From the IMG/VR virus record IMGVR_UViG_3300024264_000006, positions 64,001 through 128,000 of that record: DNA of 64,000 nucleotides. The stretch is one strand, 5' to 3'. A model generated the notes under the pieces. The model was given only the letters and a program-made list of their open reading frames with translations, was not told where the DNA came from and ran no database searches. This document shows, piece after piece, positions 15,668 through 24,514 of this stretch (the first letter of the stretch is position 1; each line of letters begins with the position of its first letter). Source of the DNA: a virus. Position numbers and translations under genes: made by a program.

Positions 15668-16885
15668 TTACCTCTTTGGTTTATCCCATCCTTTCAAAAT
15701 ATCAGGCGAAAAGTTGTTATATGAAAATTCCATACGGTCAACGAGTTTCACTGCGTCACCACCAAGTTTGTCGATTGCTACGTAGCCTTCTTCGCCAGTT
15801 ACCTTGTAACCTTTGTTTGTTTTAACGAACGTATCAATCTTCTTTAAACTATCAAGTTTATTTATAAGTTTCATCTTCGCTAAAACGATCTGTTTTTGCA
15901 ATTCAAACATTTTAACAAGAGATTTTTTATTTGTTAGTGAGAAAAATTTCATGTAGGCGTCGAGTTTATCCTGTTGAGTTTTCTTGCCTCGTGCAGTACT
16001 TCTCTTATCCATCTCTGCCTTGAACTTTTTATTGATCCAATTAATAAGTCCGTTTACGTGCGTAGAAGTGTTACCAATCACCTGGCCAACCCGCACAAAA
16101 GTGTTATTGTATTGTTCTATCAACTTGGCAAGGTCATCGTTACCTTCAAGTTCTCGCAGAGTAGTACCGGATATCTGATTGAACAATTTACCAGCCTTAC
16201 TCAAGTAACCCGTTACTTCCGCAGTTTCTTTCTTATCCATCGTTGCATTTGTCACATCACGTAACATGGCGTCCTGAGACCACACACCAACTGAGTTGCG
16301 GAACTTAGATACATCAACACCATAGGATGCTTTCATAGACTCAAAGTCCGATCCGGTGTAGGTAGTATGCCATACGATACCGATCTTAGATTTTAGAATG
16401 TCCCCAGCCATTGATACGGGAACAGCATATACGATAGTATTAGGATGGAACGTAACATATTTTTCTCCATCGATGGTCTCTTTCTTTAAATCGCCGGGCC
16501 CGTAGAGGAAGTCACCCTGAACAACACCCTTGATGCCTAGAGCAGGAAGTTCTGCAAGTGCAACCTTCATTTTGTCTGCAAGGTCACCACTCATGTCCAC
16601 ATCAATCTCAGCATCGGTCTTATAGATTTTTGGATTCTTTGCAAAGATACCCTTTTTCGCAACAAAAAACTTTCCGTCATTGGGGTCTTGACCACAGAAA
16701 ATTGCAGGCGCACCGTCCCACTTAATGGAGACTCGACCTGTATCCTTTCCGCCTAACATATCACGCAACTCACGTAGAGCGTTTATTGCTTGACGTGTAC
16801 CATCAACACCACCATAGAGAACCTTGTCCTCAATGTGGGTCATGTGGGTGTTTTTATTCTCTGTTATAAACTCTGCGAATTTCAT
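15668..16885 (-). CDS. DUF6267-like protein with ligase-type nucleotidyltransferase motifs
   Basis: KNTHMTHIED; KWDG, VQGDF, EEGYV, VKLVDR; MKFAEFITE N-terminus. Confidence 0.75.
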   Translation of the reverse strand: MKFAEFITENKNTHMTHIEDKVLYGGVDGTRQAINALRELRDMLGGKDTGRVSIKWDGAPAIFCGQDPNDGKFFVAKKGIFAKNPKIYKTDAEIDVDMSGDLADKMKVALAELPALGIKGVVQGDFLYGPGDLKKETIDGEKYVTFHPNTIVYAVPVSMAGDILKSKIGIVWHTTYTGSDFESMKASYGVDVSKFRNSVGVWSQDAMLRDVTNATMDKKETAEVTGYLSKAGKLFNQISGTTLRELEGNDDLAKLIEQYNNTFVRVGQVIGNTSTHVNGLINWINKKFKAEMDKRSTARGKKTQQDKLDAYMKFFSLTNKKSLVKMFELQKQIVLAKMKLINKLDSLKKIDTFVKTNKGYKVTGEEGYVAIDKLGGDAVKLVDRMEFSYNNFSPDILKGWDKPKR

Positions 16886-17331
16886 TTTCTCACCATGTTG
16901 AACATAGTTCCACTGCTACTTGTGTCGGTTGAAATCTTATATGCTCTGCCTAAATTCTTTGTTAAAAGTCTCTTGTACAATCTCTCTCTTCCCTGTAATA
17001 ATTTCTTATTACCTTTTTCTTTACCTGCCGCTGCATTCATATACTTGGGTTTTTCTATCTTAACAAATTGATTGACCACCTTAAAAACGGTTGCCATGAT
17101 ACGCAATGCATCACCCTCACCCGTCATTGATTGTTGACCATTACGTTCAAAACTAATCTCCCAATCTATGTGGTCATAGTCATCGATGTGTTCATCACCT
17201 TCGATGTTTATATTTAATTGACCACCATCATCAAGTTTAACTGTAGAACGATACCCCTGTTTCCCGTCCTTCTTTAGAGTGGCTGGATAAGGGTTGTCTA
17301 GTGATTCGGTTAGTTCTTTAAACCTAATCAT
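16882..17331 (-). CDS. Putative internal protein
   Basis: MIRFKELTE N-terminus; TGEGDALRIMATV...RERLY pattern. Confidence 0.65.
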   Translation of the reverse strand: MIRFKELTESLDNPYPATLKKDGKQGYRSTVKLDDGGQLNINIEGDEHIDDYDHIDWEISFERNGQQSMTGEGDALRIMATVFKVVNQFVKIEKPKYMNAAAGKEKGNKKLLQGRERLYKRLLTKNLGRAYKISTDTSSSGTMFNMVRK

Positions 17332-18428
17332 CAGTTTGCCTTCGTATTCGGTTTGTAATCACACATAATATGTGATGGGTAGAGACCACCCTGTTTGTTA
17401 CGAATATTAAATTTGAATATGTAGAGTGGGGTGACAACTTCTATGTCAATTCTTTTTGCTTCACCTTTCTTAGGATAGAGAATCTTGATCGACTTGATTG
17501 TAGAAGCCTTTCTCATACGTGCTCTAGTCATCTCATAGAACTCTACCTTCTTACCTTTACGGTGTACCATCCAGTATCCCATACCGATACCCGTAATCAG
17601 AAGTCTTTGTAGTGCACGTCTGTTTGCTTGTGTTGGAATGACAACATCTTTTTTACCACGAGTAGCCGCCTTTTTAGGATCGTACTTGGTAAACGTTTCG
17701 ATGAATCTATCATGATCGATGCCGAACATGTTTAATAGTTTCTTAGCATCAGTGTGTGTGATCTTGCCACTATTAAACTGATCGTCGGTAAAGATGGTGC
17801 GGACACCCGCATTGAAAAATGTTACTGTACCACCAAATTTGGCAGACAGATAGTATGTACCCTTGTCGGTAGTAACTGTTACGTCTGTTACTTTGTGACC
17901 AATGTTCAGTTCACGTGAACCGATAACTGCACTAACATCTCCGAACACTAAGGGTCTTTTGGTGTTCGCTGTACCGTCTAGTTTAACTTCGATAAAAGAT
18001 GCATCCTTCAGAAACGCATCGTGCATTTTCTTTATCATATTAGGGAACTTGAAATCCCCATCTAGACCGGCTTCTTTATACTTGATTAGGTCAGTCACAA
18101 TCTGACCTTCGAATGCAAACCCTTGTGAGTTTATTCCACCGCCTCCACGAGAACCATTTCCCGCACTAAGTTTGAAACCATATTCGGAACCAAGGGCCGG
18201 TAGATTTAAATCAACTGCAACGGATCGTGCAATTTTAAGACCTTTCTCTTTAGGATTTTTAGATAATGCAATGGGATCAGCCATACCAGTTTGCTGAGTG
18301 ATATAGGCGTAGAGTGTCTTGAGGTTTTCCCTCTTCTCATCGGATAGATGATCTAGGTCATCTACCTCTGCTTGAGATTTTGGAATTATGTCATATGCTT
18401 CTGACACATACGATCCGAACTTCAACAT
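17331..18428 (-). CDS. Putative PD-(D/E)XK-fold nuclease-like protein, late
   Basis: GFAFE...VTDVTV...YLSAK; MLKFGSYVSE N-terminus. Confidence 0.55.
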   Translation of the reverse strand: MLKFGSYVSEAYDIIPKSQAEVDDLDHLSDEKRENLKTLYAYITQQTGMADPIALSKNPKEKGLKIARSVAVDLNLPALGSEYGFKLSAGNGSRGGGGINSQGFAFEGQIVTDLIKYKEAGLDGDFKFPNMIKKMHDAFLKDASFIEVKLDGTANTKRPLVFGDVSAVIGSRELNIGHKVTDVTVTTDKGTYYLSAKFGGTVTFFNAGVRTIFTDDQFNSGKITHTDAKKLLNMFGIDHDRFIETFTKYDPKKAATRGKKDVVIPTQANRRALQRLLITGIGMGYWMVHRKGKKVEFYEMTRARMRKASTIKSIKILYPKKGEAKRIDIEVVTPLYIFKFNIRNKQGGLYPSHIMCDYKPNTKAN

Positions 18429-18465
18429 GGCGTTATTCCCATAAGTCTTGGTGATTATACCATAC

Positions 18466-18473
18466 TATTTATA
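18466..18473 (-). promoter_or_regulatory. T4-type late promoter heading the internal-protein cluster
   Basis: TATAAATA about 38 nt upstream of ATG 18428. Confidence 0.8.
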
Positions 18474-19152
18474 AGAATTGCACGCTTGTATTTTCCTCAT
18501 TGTATTGTGCAATTGTCTCTTTTAATGGTCTTACCCAATTGTCACGGTGTTCGATAAAGACCTGAGGCTCGTGGTTGTCTACCGCAATGATAGTTACCAA
18601 CTGAGTGATAGGAATACCTGTACGTTCTTCCCACATAATTGAGTATGCAGATTCTTGCATGAAGTACTGTTTGATCATAGAAGGAAACTTCTTCTTACGA
18701 GAAGTTTTGAAATCTATGATGCTGAGGGCGCCATCAAACTCAGCAACGCAATCCACCCGACCAGCCACACCAAGGTGATTGGAATAGAGTGGAGCCTCTT
18801 GTGCAAATACTGTCCCAATACGATTGTCGAGGATATCACGAACATCATTAAGAGACTGAATAATATCAGGTGTGTATCCATCTTTATAATCCTCTTTGTT
18901 ATCAATGTACTTTTCGATAATCTCATGAACCTTCGTACCACGAGTTGAAGCAACACGAGATATTCGGTTTGCTTCTTCATCACCAACACGTCTACGCCAA
19001 GCGGCAATACCGTCTCGACTTAGGATTGACAGACATGTAGTGATTGAAGGTAGATCAACGCCTTCTGGGGTATGGTACTTACGACCTTCCTCAGTAGTCA
19101 CTGCTTCCATCTCTGTTAGTTCCACCTGTTTGTGGTCAAATATCTTTCTCAT
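18469..19152 (-). CDS. PD-(D/E)XK (Cas4-like) exonuclease
   Basis: PSITT, RGTKVH, AGRVDC, IIDFKTS, YFMQ..AY. Confidence 0.85.
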   Translation of the reverse strand: MRKIFDHKQVELTEMEAVTTEEGRKYHTPEGVDLPSITTCLSILSRDGIAAWRRRVGDEEANRISRVASTRGTKVHEIIEKYIDNKEDYKDGYTPDIIQSLNDVRDILDNRIGTVFAQEAPLYSNHLGVAGRVDCVAEFDGALSIIDFKTSRKKKFPSMIKQYFMQESAYSIMWEERTGIPITQLVTIIAVDNHEPQVFIEHRDNWVRPLKETIAQYNEENTSVQFL

Positions 19153-19418
19153 AAAAATTCCCGTATGAATGCGCTTCCCAATAACAAAGTCATTGACGCA
19201 TTTAAAACAATCAATGCACGATCATTCCATATGATCGATACCCATAACCATAGTATTGTACCAATAGTACCTATGGACAAATCAAAAGCACGCCACTCTG
19301 GGCCTGCATTACGAAATACAACAGACGTTAGAATTGCAACAGTAGCCGCCCACTTCAAATACCAATCGAAGTTATCTGGATACCAATTCCTATCGGGTGT
19401 ATGTTTCGTAAGTTTCAT
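19149..19418 (-). CDS. Small membrane protein (DUF6552-like)
   Basis: DWYLKWAAT...WNDRALIVLN; three hydrophobic segments. Confidence 0.65.
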   Translation of the reverse strand: MKLTKHTPDRNWYPDNFDWYLKWAATVAILTSVVFRNAGPEWRAFDLSIGTIGTILWLWVSIIWNDRALIVLNASMTLLLGSAFIREFL

Positions 19419-19702
19419 AAATCTAATTCTAGTTGATAACTGTTATCAATCATCTCATTCAGTTTGCGGTCAGCGTACTCAGCCGCATCTTCCAATGCTT
19501 GAACAAAACGTTGTGCGTCTACCGCTGTCCGTGATGTAATTATACCACCAAGTAGGGTATGTGCGTAAAGCTCTTTATCAATTAAAGTTTCATATGACTC
19601 TTCGATTTCGACAACAGCATCACCTGCTGTTCCAAAGAACACCGTAGTCTGAACTCCATTAGCAGTCAACCATGAACCAGCGTCTATTGTTATATCAGCC
19701 AT
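19415..19702 (-). CDS. Hypothetical protein
   Basis: ORF in a coupled series. Confidence 0.6.
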   Translation of the reverse strand: MADITIDAGSWLTANGVQTTVFFGTAGDAVVEIEESYETLIDKELYAHTLLGGIITSRTAVDAQRFVQALEDAAEYADRKLNEMIDNSYQLELDL

Positions 19703-20330
19703 TTCTTAAATTCTCCATTCTTGCCTTGGAGGCTTTCCACTGTTCAAACCCCATAGGTTTACGAGCTTCTCCGAAAGCGAGTTTACGTTGTTTGAATTCC
19801 GCCTTCAACACCTTCTTACAATCGGAACCTAAAAATGTACCAACCATTTGAAGTAGAGTTTTACGGAACGACCTTCCGTGGTGCATATACCCAAGACAAT
19901 GAGTTAACTCATGAATCAAAGTGTATGCATCAAATCCACAGTAACTATCTAGGGTGACGGTATATCCGTTAGTGTGACCAGCAGTACCACGTCCGGATGA
20001 ACGTGCCTTTTGAATCACCTTCGGAGTCGAAGCAAAGATGCGAGTCACATCCCCGTCGATAGATTGAGACCAGAGTTTCTGCCAAGTCTTAGACTTGTAA
20101 ATCTTCTTGGCGAACTTCTCCGCCTCTTTGATATCCTTGAATTGAGGAATCGGTTTGAAGGCAGTACCCGACTGCCTTTGCATGGCCCATTCCGCTTCGT
20201 AACACTTTGAACGTTCAGAGTCCTTAGTCCCGAAAGAACCTTTGTTCTGAGAAACCTTCTGTTTCTTCAGGTAAGCTTTGTAACCGGACACAAACTCATC
20301 ATTGAACTTTTCGACTTGAGCACTAGGCAT
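19695..20330 (-). CDS. HExxH zinc metalloprotease-like (SprT/WLM-like) protein
   Basis: LIHELTHCLGYMHHGRSF. Confidence 0.65.
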   Translation of the reverse strand: MPSAQVEKFNDEFVSGYKAYLKKQKVSQNKGSFGTKDSERSKCYEAEWAMQRQSGTAFKPIPQFKDIKEAEKFAKKIYKSKTWQKLWSQSIDGDVTRIFASTPKVIQKARSSGRGTAGHTNGYTVTLDSYCGFDAYTLIHELTHCLGYMHHGRSFRKTLLQMVGTFLGSDCKKVLKAEFKQRKLAFGEARKPMGFEQWKASKARMENLRNG

Positions 20331-20607
20331 TCTTCAGAATCTCCTCAATGTATTCGTATCTGACCCTCTCTCTATCGATAGAGTCTCCACCACCCCAAGT
20401 GTAGTTGTTGACTTCGACCTTCTTGAGGTATTCAAAGATTGCCTTCTCGACAATGGCGACAGTCAAACCTTCGGTAGGATAGATGCCGTCATAGGCGTAG
20501 AAAGACAAAATATAATTCCTAAACTCGACAAATGTAGGATTGTTTCTCAATGCGATGCAATTAGTAATCATAACCACTCCTATCTCAAGTACAGTGGGCC
20601 AGTCCAC
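20323..20607 (-). CDS. Hypothetical conserved phage protein
   Basis: YILSFY..DGIYP...WGGGDSIDRERVR; likely start MITNC. Confidence 0.65.
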   Translation of the reverse strand: MDWPTVLEIGVVMITNCIALRNNPTFVEFRNYILSFYAYDGIYPTEGLTVAIVEKAIFEYLKKVEVNNYTWGGGDSIDRERVRYEYIEEILKNA

Positions 20608-20879
20608 TCAACAACATAATCTTCGAACAAGTTCCCTCTAGGGGCGTTAAGAGCGGGAGCATTCCAGCTTGCAGCCTTAAGAATGTCACCTTTCTTGAAC
20701 TTAGGATTCGCAAGGTTGATAAAACCCCATGCGCTACCACCACTCAAGATTTTGATGTACTTCTTACCGATCTTGTAGTCAAGACCTTCAGCGTACCTTT
20801 CTTCCATTTCGGGTCTAAACCCCATTCTTTTGTAATCGGCGATGCACGCTTCAAACAACTTTTTGATTTCGTTTTCCAT
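20580..20879 (-). CDS. Conserved early phage protein
   Basis: GKKYIKI...GDILKAASWNAPA...RGN pattern. Confidence 0.75.
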   Translation of the reverse strand: MENEIKKLFEACIADYKRMGFRPEMEERYAEGLDYKIGKKYIKILSGGSAWGFINLANPKFKKGDILKAASWNAPALNAPRGNLFEDYVVEWTGPLYLR

Positions 20880-20960
20880 AATTTACCTCTCTCATCAATT
20901 TACTGTACCAGTATAACCTATTCTTGTTATAATGGCAAGCGTTTTTTCAAACTTTTTTAA
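20880..20960 (-). promoter_or_regulatory. Early promoter (copy D)
   Basis: AAAAAACGC-TTGCCA-N17-TATACT; leader identical to copy G over 26 nt. Confidence 0.8.
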
Positions 20961-21133
20961 CAAAAACAATACTGAGGAACCTTAAATTCTTCCTCAAACA
21001 TACCAATTTCATCGAAACCGTACAGGACATAACCGTCCATAGGGTCACCACCTTTCTCGTAAACCACTAAGTCCGCACCAGCTCGGGGACGTTCAGGGAT
21101 CACACCATTTATGTCAAAGTCAACGTGTTTCAT
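20957..21133 (-). CDS. Small hypothetical protein, 58 aa (not in ORF track)
   Basis: MKHVDFDINGVIPE...QYCFC*; AAAGGA SD; own early promoter. Confidence 0.7.
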   Translation of the reverse strand: MKHVDFDINGVIPERPRAGADLVVYEKGGDPMDGYVLYGFDEIGMFEEEFKVPQYCFC

Positions 21134-21164
21134 ATCAATTCCTTTCTCTCATTTCTCAGACTAT

Positions 21165-21246
21165 ATTATAACACAGCCACAGCCCGTTACAAGCGGTTTT
21201 TGAAAAAAAGATGAGTTTTTTTAGAATATTTTGTTATAAGGATATA
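21165..21246 (-). promoter_or_regulatory. Early promoter (copy E)
   Basis: TTGTAA-N16-TATAAT with upstream CTTATAACAAAATATTCTAAAAAAA. Confidence 0.65.
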
Positions 21247-21257
21247 ACTGGAACGTC

Positions 21258-21282
21258 TAAACTTCGCCCCGTGAGGCGAAGC
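21258..21282 (-). terminator. Probable intrinsic terminator after the DUF932 gene
   Basis: CTTCGCC-TCACGG-GGCGAAG followed by TTT. Confidence 0.55.
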
Positions 21283-21297
21283 AAGACTGTTTGTTCC

Positions 21298-22254
21298 TTA
21301 CGCTGCAGTCGCAAATTCTACTGCCTTGTTGACAGCTTTTTCTTTACGAGTTTGGTTAGAACCGAACCAAGCAGAAGCTAAACGGGTATCCGCAGAACGT
21401 CCCATCTTGTGATCGGTCAAGTAGGTAACACTGTTAAGTGCTTGCCACCATGTACCTTCACCGAACTGAGCGCCGGGTTGTGTCTCAAGGAATGAGTACG
21501 CAGCCTGACCGTTAGTGGTGAGGTCTTTGAAGTCCTGAACGGTTACTTCTTTTTTACCTTGGTAGGTACGTGGGAAGACTTCGTTGTAGTAGTTGATCAA
21601 AGATTCAACGGTGAACTTCTTAGTTGAGAGGAATTCAGCCATCTCTTTGTACTTCGCAAACTTCTCGTGTGCGATGCCAAGGGCTTCTTTTACCTTCTCA
21701 GGGTTGAACTCTGAACGGTGGTTCAACTTGCAAGAGTTTGCAACTTGTTGTCCCAACGATAGTGTCAGAGTATTGTTACACACAACACGAATCGGAGTGA
21801 ATCGAACATCGATTGACTTACCATACATGTGTGGGTTTGAGAACAACAAGTATGAATCAACTTGGTCACCACCAAGGATGTCAAAAGACTCCTTGATCTT
21901 CGCAAGTGCCCAGACCATCTGTCCACCTTTTAAAGAACCAGCGGTGTGCATTTCCATGTCACCAGCAGCGCAATACTCTGAGAAGAACTCAAACGCATCT
22001 GCGTTCTGAACAGGGTTCCAGTTTGCACCAACTTGAGTCAGAACCTTGTTATCCGAGGATCGGACAAGGGCTTCTACACCTGTTGGAATTTCTTGATCAC
22101 CTACTCGTGCGTAGGTAGGGATTTTCTCGACAGACCAGTCGAGTCCCGCTTTCTCCATCATTTGTTGTGGATGCAGATCATTTGAGACAGCAACACCCAG
22201 ACCATGCCAAGGGACAGCTCCGGCGTATGCCATTGTTTCTACTTCATGACTCAT
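21298..22254 (-). CDS. DUF932 family protein
   Basis: PWHGLG, AGLDWSV, PVQN..AF.FF, TAGSLKGG, TPIRVVCNNTL. Confidence 0.9.
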   Translation of the reverse strand: MSHEVETMAYAGAVPWHGLGVAVSNDLHPQQMMEKAGLDWSVEKIPTYARVGDQEIPTGVEALVRSSDNKVLTQVGANWNPVQNADAFEFFSEYCAAGDMEMHTAGSLKGGQMVWALAKIKESFDILGGDQVDSYLLFSNPHMYGKSIDVRFTPIRVVCNNTLTLSLGQQVANSCKLNHRSEFNPEKVKEALGIAHEKFAKYKEMAEFLSTKKFTVESLINYYNEVFPRTYQGKKEVTVQDFKDLTTNGQAAYSFLETQPGAQFGEGTWWQALNSVTYLTDHKMGRSADTRLASAWFGSNQTRKEKAVNKAVEFATAA

Positions 22255-22279
22255 AATATATTTCTCCGTAAGTTAAGGC

Positions 22280-22350
22280 GTTTGGGGAACCTCTCCCCAG
22301 ACAACATACGTATTATCTCATAATAAGAACAAGTTTGTCAAGCGTTTTCT
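22280..22350 (-). promoter_or_regulatory. Early promoter with leader stem-loop (copy F)
   Basis: AAAACGC-TTGACA-N18-GATAAT; hairpin TGGGGA-GAGGT-TCCCCA. Confidence 0.7.
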
Positions 22351-22359
22351 TCAATTAAT

Positions 22360-22578
22360 TTAAAGTTTTTTTCTACGGACTAGTTCTTTCTTGATCTTTT
22401 GTCGTAGTTTAGGGGTGGTACTGGACTTATCCATGGCTTCAACCAACTCCGGAGTAGGAGTAGATTTCATGTACTTGTGCACTATAGAGACCTTTCCGGT
22501 CTCCCTATTGCGTATTACATGTGATTGTCCGAATTTTACTGGCATCTTATTATACGAATTTTGCGAGGGTTTCAACAA
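22360..22578 (-). CDS. Small basic conserved phage protein (start probably MPVKF)
   Basis: ORF ending PKLRQKIKKELVRR. Confidence 0.6.
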   Translation of the reverse strand: MLKPSQNSYNKMPVKFGQSHVIRNRETGKVSIVHKYMKSTPTPELVEAMDKSSTTPKLRQKIKKELVRRKKL

Positions 22579-22807
22579 CCTTTACTAGTTTTTGTTTCAT
22601 CTGAGTAATCTCTGCTTCTTCCCAGATCAGTTCTGTGGTGCGAATATCACCAAGTAGTTCGATGTATTCTTCTTCTGTCAGTTCACCTTCACGTCTAGCA
22701 TGGACTATATCGATGATGACCTCTCCCAGTCTACTGGCTTCCCAGTCTTCATCTTCGTTATCGATAATCTGTTGAAGAATCCTTTCTTCTTCTGTATATC
22801 TAGTCAT
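22550..22807 (-). CDS. Hypothetical acidic protein
   Basis: Coupled ORF. Confidence 0.6.
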   Translation of the reverse strand: MTRYTEEERILQQIIDNEDEDWEASRLGEVIIDIVHARREGELTEEEYIELLGDIRTTELIWEEAEITQMKQKLVKVVETLAKFV

Positions 22808-23205
22808 TAGTCATATCTCCCCATAACCGTTAACGCAATTGCTTCTGATTGTTGCAACAATACACCTTGTTTTAAGGCACAGTATCTTTGCGATACAGTT
22901 TCCTTTTCATACATGGGGTCTAGGGTTAAAGACATCTTATCCAATAGGTATTCAATGTCACTAGTACCCTTAGTTTCCACATAAGTACTTAACCAACCAT
23001 GCTTCTTATAGATGTCATCTATCATGTGTGTGATTAACACCGGATCAAGTTCACAATCTAACCAGATGATTGCCCATCTTAAATCGGTTACACCAGCTGC
23101 CTCATTGTCATCCCATTTGGATGGCAACAAACTACAACCAGTAATCATTATTCCCAACAGGGAAGCTGTAATTATACTATAAAATTTTCTCACTGTCAAC
23201 CTCAA
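22807..23205 (-). CDS. Predicted lipoprotein
   Basis: Hydrophobic leader ending in lipobox ITGC. Confidence 0.7.
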   Translation of the reverse strand: MRLTVRKFYSIITASLLGIMITGCSLLPSKWDDNEAAGVTDLRWAIIWLDCELDPVLITHMIDDIYKKHGWLSTYVETKGTSDIEYLLDKMSLTLDPMYEKETVSQRYCALKQGVLLQQSEAIALTVMGRYD

Positions 23206-23681
23206 TCTGATAATGGATTATCTAAAGCTTTCTGCAATTTCTCGTCTAGTTTTTCTTCTAGTTCTTCTATCTCTTTTCGCAGTTTAGCATATGCTTGATC
23301 ATAATCATCGGATAACTTATCTCGACGATTCTCAAATCTTTCTTCTGCATTATCTATACTATTCCTAACGTCCACTTCTACGGCCCGTATTTTATCGTCT
23401 ATACGATCCACGTTCTTTTCAAGAGAAAGTAAATCATCACGAAGACCCGACTTGATATCACGAGTATAGTCAATAGCTTCATCTAGTTTAGTTTCGATAA
23501 TTGCATTACGGGACTCAATCTGATCCACATCAATGTTTTGAACAACCTCTCTCATGTCCATGTAGTCCTTATAGAACTCAAAACCAGCCCAAGATGCTCC
23601 GCCCAATGTAGACAGTGCGGTAAGTAAGATTGCCATCTTACCCCCAGTAAATTTCATTCCCGCAAATTCTACCTCTGCCAT
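23202..23681 (-). CDS. Membrane-anchored coiled-coil protein
   Basis: N-terminal TM then a long heptad region ending ALDNPL. Confidence 0.75.
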   Translation of the reverse strand: MAEVEFAGMKFTGGKMAILLTALSTLGGASWAGFEFYKDYMDMREVVQNIDVDQIESRNAIIETKLDEAIDYTRDIKSGLRDDLLSLEKNVDRIDDKIRAVEVDVRNSIDNAEERFENRRDKLSDDYDQAYAKLRKEIEELEEKLDEKLQKALDNPLSD

Positions 23682-23683
23682 TC

Positions 23684-24154
23684 TTACTCCTCAAATTTTA
23701 GTTTACGTAGGTTGACGATCTCTTGTTGCAACCTCATAACTTCTAATCTTTTTTTCTCTAATTCTAATTTGTATAGTGCGTTGCAGTTTAACCTTTCTTT
23801 AGGTGCACCGATTGGCACTGTGATCCTTGCGTATACACCAACGTTACGCATAAAGTCATCATTGTAAGGTAATAGTACTCTATTTGGATCGACAAAACTG
23901 CCGTTCCCCGTCCTGTATTGATCCCACGGATCGTTTTGATCCATGATACCGACAACACCAAACTCTAAGTTCGTGGATGAACCGATAGCTGCTGAACACT
24001 CAACGTCACCCGCTCTCACTCTATCAGACTGAAAACTCTGTGGCGACTGTGGTATTGCCAAGTTCAAAGAACCAGACTGTGCGTTCACCGAGCTCGACCA
24101 GAAACTTATTACCAAAACAAATAATAATATTAATCTCATTTTATTTTCGAACAT
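23684..24154 (-). CDS. Exported protein of fimbrial-like cluster
   Basis: Signal peptide (..SSVNA); SDRVRAGDVEC...VGVYARITVP...LNCNALY. Confidence 0.7.
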   Translation of the reverse strand: MFENKMRLILLFVLVISFWSSSVNAQSGSLNLAIPQSPQSFQSDRVRAGDVECSAAIGSSTNLEFGVVGIMDQNDPWDQYRTGNGSFVDPNRVLLPYNDDFMRNVGVYARITVPIGAPKERLNCNALYKLELEKKRLEVMRLQQEIVNLRKLKFEE

Positions 24155-24510
24155 ATCCTTGAAGCGATTAAGGCCTTTGTGCCAGAATCTTTCACTAATT
24201 TAGATTTTGAACAGATATATGTTACTTTTTCACTGTCCGACTTTCGGACGTAAATGTTAACTGACGCCCTACTCAAATACTTTACTCTTATAATTCTCTG
24301 TGCAACCGCAAAGGGGACTGGATTCCAATCACTGTCCCATACGTTTATCTGGTAGTATTCAACATCTGGTCTACCATTCCACAGTTCCATCTCAGTAACC
24401 AAAACCGATTCGACATATGATTGAGTTAGTTCTGGATAAGTGGGTGTCCACTCGTGGGCCTTCAGACCCACTGAGCAGAACACCAAACTTAGTATCATAA
24501 CAAAGCGCAT
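24136..24510 (-). CDS. Exported pilus-chaperone-like (Ig-fold) protein
   Basis: Signal peptide (..LKA/HEWTP); beta-rich, two C-terminal cysteines. Confidence 0.5.
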   Translation of the reverse strand: MRFVMILSLVFCSVGLKAHEWTPTYPELTQSYVESVLVTEMELWNGRPDVEYYQINVWDSDWNPVPFAVAQRIIRVKYLSRASVNIYVRKSDSEKVTYICSKSKLVKDSGTKALIASRICSKIK

Positions 24511-24514
24511 ACTA

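Noticed and set aside
18469-19152. CRISPR-Cas locus around the Cas4-like gene
   Set aside because: No repeat-spacer array or other cas genes; this is the usual stand-alone phage exonuclease
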